A stretch of DNA of 64,000 bases from an uncultured Chloroflexia bacterium (GTDB taxonomy: Bacteria > Chloroflexota > Dehalococcoidia > Dehalococcoidales > UBA2162): assembly GCA_963735055.1 (NCBI GenBank), contig CAVTJN010000022.1, positions 2,703-66,702 on the forward strand. The letters run 5' to 3'. The position numbers were made by a program, and so were the translations under genes. Shown here piece by piece: positions 31,136-40,550 of this stretch. Each line of letters opens with the position of its first letter. The stretch's first letter is position 1. A model generated the notes under the pieces. That model was not told the origin of the DNA. It searched no databases and was given only the letters and a program-made list of their open reading frames with translations.

Positions 31136-31621
31136 CTTCCCCTTGCCGACAGAATGCAGACGATCATACCTGGTTTCGCGTCCTGTGACAAACGCCGCTT
31201 TGCAGGATATCACCACCGGAATCGGCGGTCTTCTCCTGCAATCTTCGAAATTGTCAGCCGCGGTGACTGCTGATAGCTCCTGACCCGGGCAATCCGGTTA
31301 CTTTGGAGAGAAACCTAAGGCATTGTTGCCGCACGGTGACCTCAAACAAGACAAAATACGTGTATATTGCGCGCCACAATCGAGCCTGGTAGCGCCATCT
31401 GGGGTCCTGATCGGATATAACTGGATACCCCAGCTTCGGATTTTGGCACTTATCTGTGCGCTAACACGACAATGGAACGACTACTACGGGCGACCGTTAA
31501 CAGGCTTGACGGGCAGTATTGCGGTTGGCCGGCGACGGTAGAATGCCGGTTCCGGCACGGACAGAGGATAACTCGCGCGCAATCCCAGGTTAATGGCTTG
31601 TGCGACTTGCCCAAGATGCAT

Positions 31622-32524
31622 TTACGCCAGCGTTGGCGGCATTGGCGGCCCAGGCGGCGGAACCTTCCCGACGTCTTTCAGGGGGTGGACTCTGTCCTGG
31701 AACCGGCGTACCATCTCGGCGCCCTTCAGGTCGCCTTTCGCCAGCAAGTCCTGATAGATCTTCTCGCGGGATTGCTCCGGAGTCAGCCCTTCGCCCATAA
31801 GACTGGCGATCCGAAGCCAATAGAATATTTCCGCATTCCTCTTGGCTGACGAAACTCCATACCGCAGGATGGCGTTGCGTTCTTCTTCCGAAAGGGTGTC
31901 TGGTTTGACCCGCCCGGCTCGTTCGTTTTCGGCATCTGCCTCAAGCACCTTGTGCATAATCTCCAGGTCGAGATTGTCGTCCCGGATATCGGCGTCCTCC
32001 TGTTCGCGGTTCTTCTGGTTCTCCTGCATCCAGCGCTGAAAGGCGAAGCAGACATCCTCAACTGCGCCCCCCTTCTTCGTGAGATGATCTGCAATCAGCA
32101 CGGCCACCTCCAGCGCCACGTGCCGCTTGTGATCGGCCGCCTGATGTGCCGGGGCATATATCTTACCGGTGATCAGCCGGTTCAGCCCGTGAGGTTGGGA
32201 ATGGATGATCTCAAGCTGTTCCTTAGTAATACCCCAGGCTTTGGCAAACAACTCCAGGTTCGCGTCGCGATTGGGGTTCGCCTGGGCAAACAGATGTCTG
32301 GCGAAGGAATATCCCTCCCGGTGAACCGGTTCCTGCCGCCACTGCAGGTAGTAGCGGCGGACGGTTTCCGGCGTAACCTCCACCACTCCCACGATCTCAT
32401 CGAGGGGGACCTGATCGAAGAACATCTTGAAGCACCGGCGGCGCGCCGACCGCCCCTGTTCATCCCGCTTCACCGGATACCTACGGCCGGCTTTCCTGAT
32501 TCGAAACACTCTCGGTAGTCTCAT
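31622..32524 (-). CDS. hypothetical protein with an N-terminal HTH-like segment (cassette gene 3)
   Basis: Intact 300-aa ORF preceded by GGGAGGGGAAG. LDEIVGVVEVTPETVRRYYLQWRQ resembles a helix-turn-helix. It has an acidic/coiled central region and a Pro-rich tail. Confidence 0.55.
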   Translation of the reverse strand: MRLPRVFRIRKAGRRYPVKRDEQGRSARRRCFKMFFDQVPLDEIVGVVEVTPETVRRYYLQWRQEPVHREGYSFARHLFAQANPNRDANLELFAKAWGITKEQLEIIHSQPHGLNRLITGKIYAPAHQAADHKRHVALEVAVLIADHLTKKGGAVEDVCFAFQRWMQENQKNREQEDADIRDDNLDLEIMHKVLEADAENERAGRVKPDTLSEEERNAILRYGVSSAKRNAEIFYWLRIASLMGEGLTPEQSREKIYQDLLAKGDLKGAEMVRRFQDRVHPLKDVGKVPPPGPPMPPTLA

Positions 32525-32749
32525 ACTGTCTTCCCCTCCCAGCGCTGAGTCTACTACGGTGGTTCTGGCGGCAGTTCCGGCGACAGTCCTGGTAGGACGC
32601 CGACGCCGCGTGGAATTCCTGGTCGCTTCACGGTCCGGTCGCCGGTCGCGATATCGGACCGAAGCGAAACGGGAAGCGAAAGAGGGCCAACGCCGGCGGT
32701 CAAAACGTTTCCGTCTGAACTGTCAAACGGGGCGCCGTTCGATCGAGGC

Positions 32750-34081
32750 TCACTGCAGGGTATCGGAGCGGCTTCGATGATTCGCGGTGCTGAAGCCGAC
32801 GCTCCGGTCTGCCCTGCACTTCAACTCCGAGATGACGGCGTCCACGTCCGCCCTGGTAAACGCCGCGCTCCGCGTGGCGTCATCGCCGTCATTCCCGTTG
32901 ATGACCAGGCCGAACACCGCTTCCTGGACCTGGGCCGGGGACAGGCCCTCGGTTCGGCTCACCAGGTACTCCTTCACCTCCGGGTCCAGGTGGATCTTCC
33001 CGGACAGCAGTTCGATCTGGTCCGCCCGCAGGTCCGCCGAGGGCGGCGGGATGGTGATCACCCGGTCAAAACGGGCCGGTCTCTTCCGTAGCGCCGCATC
33101 CAGCGTTTCCACGAGATTGGTGGTGGCCACGGTCACAATCTGGCTCTTTTCGTAGATACCGTCCATCTCATCCAGCAGCGACACCAGTTGCGGCGTGCCG
33201 TGGTACATCCCCCACCGCTCCTGTCCGATCGAGTCGATATCCTCAATGAATACGATGCTTGGGGCCAGGTCCTGGGCCACCTGGTACAGTTCGCTGAAGT
33301 ATCCGGCATCGACGATACCGGCGGCGCTGCTAAGCAGGCGGGTCACGCCCGCCGCCTCCGTCATCAGCGCCTTACAGATGACCGTCTTCCCGGTGCCCGG
33401 GTCCCCGGCCAGGATGATGCCCCGCTTGGTCGGAATACCGTACCTAGGCCACTCTTCGAGGTTGTTGAGAAAGCCGACCGTGTTCCGGCGAATCGTCCCT
33501 TTGAGGGCTGGATCGAGAATGATTGAATCCCAGGTGCGCCGCACCGGGGGCACAAACTCGATTCCAGCAGGGGTCAGGGCGATGATCTTGCCGCGATAGA
33601 AGTTGTGCTGCGTGCCGTACTCTTCAATCGCCTGGACCAGCTGTTTGACGACCCCTTCCATGGCCGCCGGCGCTTCGACCTGTACGTCATCACTCGGCGC
33701 GCGCCGGCCGATATCAACGGTGACGATGAGTCTCGCCGCCTCCCGCTCCACGACCGTCTGGCCGCTGGCGAGGCAGCTTTCGTGTTCATCAATGTCGGTT
33801 ACGATGTCTCGGTACAGCGGCTGGCGGTGGGAATAGCCAAATACCGCCAGGACATTCCAGCCCTGTTCGGCGAGGCAGTGTTTGGCCGCCCAGGCAGCCA
33901 GATCGCTGTAAAACCAATCCAGCCTCAGGCCGGCAACGGCCCGCGGCCCCGGGCAGACAAGTGAGCTGACCTGATCCTCGTTCTTCCGGCTCAAACGTGC
34001 GTGTCGGTCCCCATCTTCCCCGTCCGCATCCAAGCCACGGGTCGCAAATTCAAACATGCCGATCCAGTCCCGGTCATTCAT
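32750..34081 (-). CDS. classical-clade AAA+ ATPase with a ~200-aa N-terminal domain of unknown function (cassette gene 2)
   Basis: Walker A GDPGTGKT, Walker B IVFIEDIDS, second region of homology ATTNLVETLDAALRKRPARFDR. The start is set at ATG 34081 because of the GGAGGTGGGAGACT Shine-Dalgarno sequence. The longer ORF reaching 34162 is probably not used. Confidence 0.85.
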   Translation of the reverse strand: MNDRDWIGMFEFATRGLDADGEDGDRHARLSRKNEDQVSSLVCPGPRAVAGLRLDWFYSDLAAWAAKHCLAEQGWNVLAVFGYSHRQPLYRDIVTDIDEHESCLASGQTVVEREAARLIVTVDIGRRAPSDDVQVEAPAAMEGVVKQLVQAIEEYGTQHNFYRGKIIALTPAGIEFVPPVRRTWDSIILDPALKGTIRRNTVGFLNNLEEWPRYGIPTKRGIILAGDPGTGKTVICKALMTEAAGVTRLLSSAAGIVDAGYFSELYQVAQDLAPSIVFIEDIDSIGQERWGMYHGTPQLVSLLDEMDGIYEKSQIVTVATTNLVETLDAALRKRPARFDRVITIPPPSADLRADQIELLSGKIHLDPEVKEYLVSRTEGLSPAQVQEAVFGLVINGNDGDDATRSAAFTRADVDAVISELKCRADRSVGFSTANHRSRSDTLQ

Positions 34082-34221
34082 AGTCTCCCACCTCCTTACG
34101 CCAATGTGAACGACCAAAAGGGTTGCTGAGACGGCATTGCTGAGACTTGCCCACCGGGTCACCGTTACCCGGCATCGTTCCGCCCCGGCTCACTCGTCGA
34201 AAGACTGGGGTGATCGCCCCC

Positions 34222-34776
34222 CTAGGCTTCGGCGCTGGCCGAGCTGACATTCGGCGCAGGACCAAGCAGTGGTTCGATCAGCTCAAACCAAAGCCCCCCG
34301 AAAACGGACCATCTTTCGATGGCGTTGTGCGCCGTGTCGATCTGAAAGAAGACGAATGCCGCGTCCCGGTACCCTTCCACGCGGTTGAAGTTCCAGCCCC
34401 CCTCCCACGTCTCGCTACCCATAAGCCGGTGCTTGGTGTACATCCCGTGCTGCTTCAAATAGTCGAGGGTGGGCGTCTGCCCCTGCTCCCAGCACCGCCG
34501 GAAGTAGTCCAGCACGTCGGGCGGGAACAGCGCCCTCACCCGGGGCACGACCACCCGTACGAGAATAGCCTCGATGCCCGGGTCCACCATGAGGTCCTGG
34601 TTGATCCGGCTGTAGTTCGGGTTACCACCCTCGGAGTAGCCCGGGAGCAGGCCAATCGCCTTGAGCTCCTGAATCCGCTTCTTCTTGGTCCTTTGTTTGA
34701 GGACACTCCACATAAAGGGGTCGGCATTGAGGAAAAATCGCCGCAGGGTGTCCCGGGTCTCTCTGGGCAGCTTCAT
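34222..34776 (-). CDS. hypothetical protein (~184 aa, cassette gene 1)
   Basis: ATG at 34776 preceded by GGGGGAGGAA. Intact, Trp-rich and globular-looking. No recognisable motif. Confidence 0.55.
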   Translation of the reverse strand: MKLPRETRDTLRRFFLNADPFMWSVLKQRTKKKRIQELKAIGLLPGYSEGGNPNYSRINQDLMVDPGIEAILVRVVVPRVRALFPPDVLDYFRRCWEQGQTPTLDYLKQHGMYTKHRLMGSETWEGGWNFNRVEGYRDAAFVFFQIDTAHNAIERWSVFGGLWFELIEPLLGPAPNVSSASAEA

Positions 34777-34836
34777 GGTATTCCTCCCCCGGCGGGTCCA
34801 AGGATCATCCCGCCGCAAGCAGTTTTCTACATAGTT

Positions 34837-34865
34837 ATAGTACACCATAAGTGTCCGTTTAACAA
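34837..34865 (-). promoter_or_regulatory. sigma70-like promoter for the three-gene cassette
   Basis: On the minus strand: TTGTTA (34865-34860), 17 nt, TACTAT (34842-34837), in an AT-rich patch. Confidence 0.45.
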
Positions 34866-34894
34866 GATAAAAGATATGAAAAAATTGGCCATGA

Positions 34895-34903
34895 TGGTAT
34901 AAT
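34895..34903 (+). promoter_or_regulatory. extended -10 promoter candidate facing the integrase
   Basis: TGgTATAAT at 34895-34903. The -35 element is poor. Confidence 0.35.
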
Positions 34904-35079
34904 GTCAGCTGGTGGAGGACGCGGTCGCTGGCGTCACACGGTCCGGGCGGCGCGACCGCGATATCGCTTCAACGCATCAGTGACGTCACCGGTTTTCCGG
35001 TGGACTACCTGATGCGGGTGGTGAGATCCTGGTAGAAGCCGGGTTGCGGCACAGGGAAACAGTCCAACTAGGAGGCAAG

Positions 35080-36330
35080 AGTGTCAACGACAACCGAGGT
35101 AAAGCAAAGGTACTGGACAGAACTGGCCGACGTGGCCGGAGCGCTGGCGGCGAATCTGGGCAAGATACTGCGGCACCCCGGGCAGCTGTCCGGTAATGCA
35201 GTTGACGGCGGGCAGTTCTGGAGCGGCGAATTCCGGTCACCGTGAATGAGGCGGCGCCAGTAAGAGATGACCCGTCCCGGCTGGAGCCGGTTGACCCCTA
35301 TCTGGCAGCGAACCTCCTGGTCAACCTGGCGGCCGAGTTCCCCGTATTCAGCGCTATCGGCGACTGGCGGGAGTTGACCAAAGGCGACATCACGCCGGAA
35401 ATAGTGAGAGTGTTGAACATGGTGACTCACCGAAGGAAGTTCCTGGGGAACTGCGAGGTATCGCTCTCGTGGCAACGGGTCGTCGACACCGACACTACGG
35501 CGGCGGCGGTCAACGCCTTCCTCTCTCCTGTATCAGGGAGCGACCCTCTCGTACTACAGCGGCTACCTGAATAAAAGCGTTCCGCCGCTGGGGCTGGCGT
35601 CCACGACCGCCGAGATCCAGGCATTTCATCGACCACGGTTGCGGCAAGAAGGGGATCAGCCCGGCGGGCGGCACGCCTACTACCGGGCGATACGGACCTT
35701 CTTCAACTGGGCTTTCTCGCCGGCCAGCAACCTGGGACTCACTCCTGCCGACAACCCGATCACCTGGGTGAAGGCGCCCAAGGTCGAGAAGAAGCTCATG
35801 CCGGCCCAGGATGAGAAGTCGTTTGCCATCCTGCTGTCCCACGTCGACAACACCCGAGACCGGGCCATCATTTCCATGCTGTACGATTCCAGTGGCCGGC
35901 TGTCGGAAGTGAGCAATATCCACGAAGCCGGACATAATTTGGGACAGTCACTTCGTCAAAGCCAAAGCCAAGGGCGGGCAGGAAGTCGCAACTGCCCCTG
36001 AGCACGGCGAGTCGGATCCTGATAAAAGACTGGCTGGCCGAATTCGACCCCAAGGGGGGCCCGATCTGGGGGACCACCAAGAATGGCATCGTATCGATGC
36101 TCCGCCGGCTGGGGCAGGCGAGCGGGGTGCAGTGCAACGCCCACACCTTCCGCCGGGGCTTTGCCTCCGAGCTGCGCCGCAAGGGCGTGGATACGCTGGA
36201 CATAATGAAGCTGGGCCACTGGAAATCGATCAGCATGGTGCAGCGGTACTCCGAAAGCGTGGGCTTTGAGGACAGCCAGAAGCGTTACGTAGCGCCGAGC
36301 GACGGGCTGGTGGCGTCGACGCCCGGATCT
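35080..36330 (+). pseudogene. tyrosine-type site-specific integrase (phage integrase family), at least 3 frameshifts; both ends uncertain
   Basis: The core-binding part reads AGRHAYYRAIRTFFNWAF. The catalytic part reads RDRAIISMLYDSSGRLSEVSNI, NAHTFRRGFASELRRKG and LGHWKSISMVQRY (the Tyr nucleophile region). It is spread over ORFs 35242-35574, 35639-36001 and 36097-36471. AGGAGG precedes the GTG at 35080. Confidence 0.7.
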
Positions 36331-36338
36331 CCCGAGGT

Positions 36339-36393
36339 GACACGCGGACTCGCGGACACGACACGCGGACTCGCGAAAATGACTGGCGGACTT
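36339..36393 (+). repeat. direct repeats between the integrase and the tRNA (possible arm-type or old att sites)
   Basis: GACACGCGGACTCGCG occurs at 36339-36354 and 36360-36375 (21-nt period). GCGGACT recurs at 36387. The 10-mer GACACGCGGA also occurs inside the tRNA at 36435-36444. Confidence 0.5.
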
Positions 36394-36406
36394 TCTGAAC
36401 CGAGCG

Positions 36407-36482
<76 letters not shown>

Positions 36483-36623
36483 GTAAGGGTTATTCTATCC
36501 AAGGCGAGCGTGGTTGTCAAACCTCGGCGGCCTTTGGCCACATCCCCACCAACAGCAGGGCAGGCGGTGGACTGGCCGACGGAGTTGTAGTAAGCTATCC
36601 CCAGAAAACCGCAGAGGTGACGT

Positions 36624-37010
36624 ATGCAGCAGCCAAAGCCGCAAACCTGGAAACCGATGGTGGCCGGGATCCTGGACATCACGGTGGGCACCATCGACTT
36701 GCTCGGCGCAATGGCGCTGATCATCGCGATCTCCGTTGTTGGCACGCCGGGCCTGATTCCCGAGCAGGATTTCTATCCGTTGGCGGTGTCATCCGTGAAC
36801 GCCATACTGGGCACCATCACCATCTACCTGGGAATCGCCGGTATACTGGCCATCGTCGGCGGTGTTTTTGCCCTGCAGCGGAAGGCCTGGGGGCTGGCGC
36901 TCGCGGGTTCGATCGCGGCGACCATGACCGCCAGCGTCCTCGGCATCCTTGCTATCGTATTCCTGGCGACGTCAAAGGACGAGTTCGGCCGGCCGCTACC
37001 ACTGCCTTAG
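36624..37010 (+). CDS. hypothetical four-helix membrane protein
   Basis: Intact 128-aa ORF with four hydrophobic segments. Confidence 0.55.
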   Translation: MQQPKPQTWKPMVAGILDITVGTIDLLGAMALIIAISVVGTPGLIPEQDFYPLAVSSVNAILGTITIYLGIAGILAIVGGVFALQRKAWGLALAGSIAATMTASVLGILAIVFLATSKDEFGRPLPLP

Positions 37011-37406
37011 CTCGATGGTTATTCCGCTGGGGTCTTTGATCTCGGCCCGCTTTGACTTGCCCATGGTGGTCGGGCCACGAGTGATGGCGACCCCCTTACT
37101 CTTGAGGTATTCAACCGCCTTGTCCATGTCCTCGACCTCGATGGCAAGCATGCGGTACCCGACGTGAGGCGGCTCCGGTAGCGCTGCCGGACTGGTGAAG
37201 GCCAGCAACTCGATCATGGTGTCATTCAGTGTCAGATAGGATATCTCGCTCAGCGCCGGCATGTTCATCTTGTTCCGCTCCTTGACCTTGAAGCCAAGGA
37301 TTTCGGTGTAGAAAGATATCGTCTGCTCGATATCCTTCGGGATGATCTCAACATGGTCAATCCGCTTGAACACTGCGTTCCCTCCCTCAGTGTGCTCCAA
37401 GGCCAT
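36996..37406 (-). CDS. VOC-family protein (glyoxalase/bleomycin-resistance/dioxygenase fold)
   Basis: RIDHVEIIPKDIEQTISFYTEILGFKV ... HVGYRMLAIEVEDMDKAVEYLKSKGV. Confidence 0.8.
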   Translation of the reverse strand: MALEHTEGGNAVFKRIDHVEIIPKDIEQTISFYTEILGFKVKERNKMNMPALSEISYLTLNDTMIELLAFTSPAALPEPPHVGYRMLAIEVEDMDKAVEYLKSKGVAITRGPTTMGKSKRAEIKDPSGITIELRQW

Positions 37407-37465
37407 TCTAGCTCGGGCTGGTCAGCGGCTCAAATCGCCTGGTTTAAGGGACGCGCGCCAACCGG

Positions 37466-37855
37466 CTACCTTCTCCGTTCGGCGAACTGGTGGGCTTCGT
37501 TAAGCTCCCGCGGAATATGCTTAAAGACACACCCGTCGAATCTCGTTTGTAGTTGCTTCACCGCCACGTAGAGGGGACGGATGCCCGTGGCCTTCACTTT
37601 GTACTGGCCGTTGACCTGCCGGACGAGCAACTCAGAGTCCGACCGCACTTCGGCACGCCGGGCTCCCAGTTCAAGAGCGGATGACAGGGCGGCGACTACA
37701 GCCCGATACTCCGCCTCATTGTTGGTTGCCCGACCGATGGACCGCGAAATACTGCTGATAACATGACCGGCCTCGTCCTTGATAACGGCGCCGATCGAGG
37801 CCGGACCGGGGTTCGGAGCCGCGCCGCCATCTGTGTAGATTATCGCTTTCAGCAT
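37466..37855 (-). CDS. rnhA: ribonuclease HI-family protein
   Basis: IYTDGGAAPNPGPASIG (first catalytic Asp), TNNEAEYRAVVAAL (Glu), VRSDSELLVRQ (Asp). Confidence 0.8.
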   Translation of the reverse strand: MLKAIIYTDGGAAPNPGPASIGAVIKDEAGHVISSISRSIGRATNNEAEYRAVVAALSSALELGARRAEVRSDSELLVRQVNGQYKVKATGIRPLYVAVKQLQTRFDGCVFKHIPRELNEAHQFAERRR

Positions 37856-37934
37856 GAAATCCTTCCGATAGTGAAAAGCTCCTTGTGGCTGAGGTCTACA
37901 GTCCGGGCCGCTTTTCAGGGTGGCGGTTCCAGGC

Positions 37935-38630
37935 TCAAGGAAGGTACAGAATCCGCCCGCAACTGCTGCACTGGACCAGAGACCCGCCCCGGGCGCGCTG
38001 CAATTCCGAGGAGGGTAAAGAGATCCGGCACCCGCGGCATATACCCTGCTCTACCCGGGCCACGGCGGACCCTTTTTGCCGCCGCAGCGACCGATACGTT
38101 TGCAATGCTTGGGTGTCGATGCCGCGCGCCAGTTCCTGTTGCTTGTCGGCCAGGCCGGCCAAAGCTTTCCTTTCGCTCTCGATGTTCCGGTTCAGATCGA
38201 CCTGGCGCGAGGCCCATTCCGCTTCGACACTTTGCAGCTCCGCCTTCAGTCGCGAGACGCTGGCGCGGCCGGACTCGATCTGTTCCATCATGGCCAGGGA
38301 TCGGTCCTCCAACTGAGTGCGCCGCGCTTTCAGGGCAGACACTTCCTGCTGCAGGCTCGATAGTTCCTTGGGGACCCGTATCCGTCCGCTGTACAGGTCC
38401 TTCTCGAAATTGCCCTGTTTCCCGCTAATGTCCTCGATTTCCCATTCCAGCGAGCGCTGTTCGGCCGTAACGACGTCCAGCCGCTGCTGCTCTTCGGCCA
38501 AACCGCTCCGGACGCGGCGCAGGCCTTCACTTTCGCCAAGCTCGGCGGTCATCTGCCTGACGGCCTTCTCCCTGGCTTCGGTCTGGAGGTCCACCTCTTG
38601 AAGCTCGAACAACTGCCGCGCGACACTCAT
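37935..38630 (-). CDS. coiled-coil protein with a C-terminal C4 zinc ribbon (COG1579/DUF164-like)
   Basis: Long heptad-like region, then CRGCRISLPSSELQ...VQCSSCGRILY. Confidence 0.7.
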   Translation of the reverse strand: MSVARQLFELQEVDLQTEAREKAVRQMTAELGESEGLRRVRSGLAEEQQRLDVVTAEQRSLEWEIEDISGKQGNFEKDLYSGRIRVPKELSSLQQEVSALKARRTQLEDRSLAMMEQIESGRASVSRLKAELQSVEAEWASRQVDLNRNIESERKALAGLADKQQELARGIDTQALQTYRSLRRQKGSAVARVEQGICRGCRISLPSSELQRARGGSLVQCSSCGRILYLP

Positions 38631-38682
38631 TTTTGCTCCTGTATTCTATACCAACAGACTGGGCATGGCAACGGCGCACGTC

Positions 38683-38711
38683 ATTGGTTTCGTCTCAGGC
38701 TGATGGTATAA
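38683..38711 (+). promoter_or_regulatory. sigma70-like promoter upstream of guaA
   Basis: TTGGTT (38683-38688), 17 nt, TATAAT (38706-38711) with an upstream TG (extended -10). Confidence 0.5.
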
Positions 38712-38746
38712 TGAACGGATAAAAGCGCAGGAGGTCCGCTCAGGCA

Positions 38747-40453
38747 ATGACTGAACTGGAGCCGGGCAAGGACGAGGGCCGGCTGACAGGACCTCCCCGC
38801 CAAGCGCGACACGTGTCCGCCAGTGGCGATGTCGAAGTCGCCGGCTACCTCAAGGAGGCAGAGCTGAAGCACGGGGCGGTACCAGTCCCGCTTCAGGAAA
38901 CAGCGGCCGGCGGCGAGCGCGAATCCATCATCCTTATCGACTTTGGCTCCCAGTACAGTCTGCTCATTGCCCGCCGCGTCCGCGAGTGCAGCGTCTACTG
39001 TGAGATCGTGGGCCACGAAACTCCCTGGGAGAAAGTTGCCCCGCTGAACCCCCGAGGCATCATTCTGTCCGGGGGCCCCGCCAGCGTCTACAGTCCGGGG
39101 GCGCCCATGGCCCCGTCCTGGGTCTACGAAAGCGGCCTTCCCATACTGGGCATCTGTTACGGCATGCAGCTCCTCACACAACAACTGGGCGGGCGGGTCG
39201 CCCCGGGGACGAAGCAGGAGTACGGGCACGCCCGGCTCCATCTCGACCAGACCGACTCCCCTCTTTTCGCCGGTGTGGGAAATGAGCTGACGGTCTGGAT
39301 GAGTCACGGCGACCGTATCGAGGCGATGCCGGCCGGATTCATTTCCCTGGCCCACACCGAGAATTCCCCGGTGGCCGTCATCGGTGACGGGAACGGCATA
39401 TTCGGACTCCAGTTCCATCCCGAGGTGATACATACCCCCGACGGGAAGGCCATCCTCCGGAATTTCGCCTACCGGGTATGCAAGTGCCAGGGGAACTGGA
39501 CGCCAGGCAACTTCATCAACGACAGTATCGACCGAATACGCACTCAGGTGGGCACTGGCAAGGTCATCAGCGCCATTTCAGGCGGGGTGGATTCGGCGGT
39601 CGTTTCAGCCCTCATCCACAAGGCGATCGGCGACCAGCTCACCTGTATTTTCGTGGACAACGGCCTTTTGCGCCGGGAAGAGGTCGATCGGGTGTTCGGC
39701 TTCTTGAGCCGCAATATGGGCATGCCGATACGGCATGCCGACGCCGCGTCGAGGTTCTTGAGGAGACTGAAGGGGGTGGTCGATCCGGAGACCAAACGGA
39801 AAGTCATCGGCGAGGAGTTCATAAGGGTTTTTGAAGAGCAAGCCAATAGTATCGGCCGGGTAGACTTCCTGGCTCAAGGCACGCTCTATCCGGACGTGAT
39901 CGAAAGTGCCTCCTCGGGCATCAAGGCAGCGGCCAAGATAAAATCACACCACAACGTGGGCGGGTTGCCTTCAGAGATGGCACTCAAACTAGTCGAACCC
40001 GTCAGATACCTGTTCAAGGACGAGGTGCGGCGGGTGGGGATAGAGCTTGGTCTGCCCGAGGACATGGTCTGGCGACAGCCGTTCCCGGGTCCCGGGCTGG
40101 CGGTCAGGATCATCGGCGAGGTCACCTGGGAGAAGCTCGAACTCCTTCGCTCAGCCGACGCGGTGGTGATGGATGAGATTGAGAAGGCCGGGCTTTACCG
40201 GCAACTCTGGCAGAGCTTCGCCGTGCTCACCGACGTCCACAGCGTGGGCGTGATGGGCGACTATCGCACCTACGGCTATATGGTCGCGGTGCGCGCCGTC
40301 ACCAGCGAAGATGCCATGACGGCCGATTGGGCCCGTATACCGTTCGAAGTCCTGGCCCGAATTTCGAACCGGATCGTCAACGAGGTCCCGGGCGTCAACC
40401 GGGTGGTTTACGATATTACGTCCAAACCACCGTCAACAATCGAGTGGGAGTAG
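38747..40453 (+). CDS. guaA: GMP synthase (glutamine-hydrolysing)
   Basis: [34 protein letters not shown] (the PP-loop) and the C-terminal [12 protein letters not shown]. The annotated start gives a ~58-aa N-terminal extension that may not be real. Confidence 0.9.
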   Translation: MTELEPGKDEGRLTGPPRQARHVSASGDVEVAGYLKEAELKHGAVPVPLQETAAGGERESIILIDFGSQYSLLIARRVRECSVYCEIVGHETPWEKVAPLNPRGIILSGGPASVYSPGAPMAPSWVYESGLPILGICYGMQLLTQQLGGRVAPGTKQEYGHARLHLDQTDSPLFAGVGNELTVWMSHGDRIEAMPAGFISLAHTENSPVAVIGDGNGIFGLQFHPEVIHTPDGKAILRNFAYRVCKCQGNWTPGNFINDSIDRIRTQVGTGKVISAISGGVDSAVVSALIHKAIGDQLTCIFVDNGLLRREEVDRVFGFLSRNMGMPIRHADAASRFLRRLKGVVDPETKRKVIGEEFIRVFEEQANSIGRVDFLAQGTLYPDVIESASSGIKAAAKIKSHHNVGGLPSEMALKLVEPVRYLFKDEVRRVGIELGLPEDMVWRQPFPGPGLAVRIIGEVTWEKLELLRSADAVVMDEIEKAGLYRQLWQSFAVLTDVHSVGVMGDYRTYGYMVAVRAVTSEDAMTADWARIPFEVLARISNRIVNEVPGVNRVVYDITSKPPSTIEWE

Positions 40454-40550
40454 CGGCCATATCGGGCGTACCGCTGGCCCAACCCCGGATGTCCGGGAGT
40501 TCGCAGTCTCGATAGAACATGCCGGCCAGCCCTGAATTGGAGGACAGCCT

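Larger units (their letters stand above)
31622..36406. mobile_element. minimum extent of a tRNA-Phe-associated integrative element remnant (integrase plus three-gene cassette)
   Basis: A tyrosine integrase gene faces the 3' end of tRNA-Phe. Copies of a tRNA-internal 10-mer lie between them. The cargo genes have their own promoter. I could not find the distal att repeat by eye, so the left boundary is unknown. Confidence 0.45.

Noticed and set aside
38681-39433. Long antisense ORFs opposite housekeeping genes. Examples: 38681-39433 opposite guaA, 41244-42110 opposite purD/purE, 42720-43352 opposite purB, 43685-44779 opposite the MBL gene and rsmD, 45041-45586 opposite coaD, 50638-51522 opposite the phosphoribosyltransferase gene, 55252-56212 opposite gatA/proS, and 58515-59654 opposite pheT.
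   Set aside because: The sense-strand genes have unambiguous family motifs along their full length. The antisense translations are Arg/Gly/Pro/His-rich with no motifs and no Shine-Dalgarno sequences, as expected from GC-rich codon bias.
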